From: Bdellovibrio sp.
Lineage (GTDB): Bacteria > Bdellovibrionota > Bdellovibrionia > Bdellovibrionales > Bdellovibrionaceae
Assembly (NCBI GenBank): GCA_046318155.1
Contig: JBKCUU010000086.1
Location: forward strand, 1-61,253
Reading direction: 5' to 3'
Length of the DNA stretch: 61,253 bases
The notes below the pieces were generated by a model. It was not told the DNA's origin and did no database searches. It saw only the letters and a list, made by a program, of their open reading frames with translations. The position numbers and the translations under genes are program-made. Positions 60,987 through 61,253 of the stretch are shown one piece after another (the first letter of the stretch is position 1; every line of letters begins with the position of its first letter).

Positions 60987-61253
60987 TTAGAGTACGGGAA
61001 ATACGCTTTGGATCAGGTTCAGTATCACGCCTCCGATCAGCGAAAAAATCAGCGACTGACAAAGCGGCAGGAAGGCCGCGCCCGTCAATAACGGGGCCGC
61101 GATGTCGTAGCCCAGGCGCCGCCCGCCCTGGTCGGTCAGCAGCAATACGCCTTCAAGCTTTGGATGCGCTTCCGGACGCTCAGCCCGCTTCAGCGTCAAT
61201 TCCAGCCACTCCGCGCCATGGCGGAGGCGTTGCGGCGCTGCGTGATCCAGAAG
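60987..61253 (-). other. DsbD-like protein fragment, probably foreign or chimeric
   Basis: Translates ...LIFSLIGGVILNLIQSVFPVL*MKA, resembling the DsbD TM motif GGxILNLMPCVFPVLSxKA. Visibly GC-richer than the adjacent DNA. Confidence 0.55.

Noticed and set aside
1..61253. CRISPR arrays, cas genes, rRNA, recognisable defence systems
   Set aside because: No regularly spaced repeat-spacer pattern or corresponding protein motifs were seen.

Overview
A 61-kb chromosomal segment that most likely comes from a Bdellovibrionota-like (deltaproteobacterial-type) bacterium; this is inferred from gene order and protein style. From left to right it holds: an AT-richer accessory tip with a DDE transposase bounded by 28-bp inverted repeats, beside the 3' end of tRNA-Pro(GGG); the minus-strand thrS-infC-rpmI-rplT ... 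pheS-pheT-ihfA-merR-tRNA-Pro region, interrupted by a five-gene mevalonate cluster and an oppositely oriented rsmG/TrmH pair; icd; a complete alternative complex III operon (actA-F) with system II cytochrome c maturation genes; several enzymes; a RAYT-like HUH transposase bracketed by 33-bp inverted repeats; a type II secretion cluster (gspC-N); ssb; a four-gene envelope cluster; an orphan histidine kinase; relA/spoT-rpoZ-gmk-yicC-miaA; and a 5'-truncated mutL joined to a dsbD-like fragment, probably a chimeric contig end. The most notable unannotated signals are (1) a predicted VirB8-VirB9-like fusion with lipoproteins and an outer-membrane barrel but no other T4SS genes, (2) a leaderless Thr-rich leader peptide upstream of thrS, and (3) the inverted-repeat-bounded RAYT. 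All homology calls were made by eye from motifs; no searches were run.
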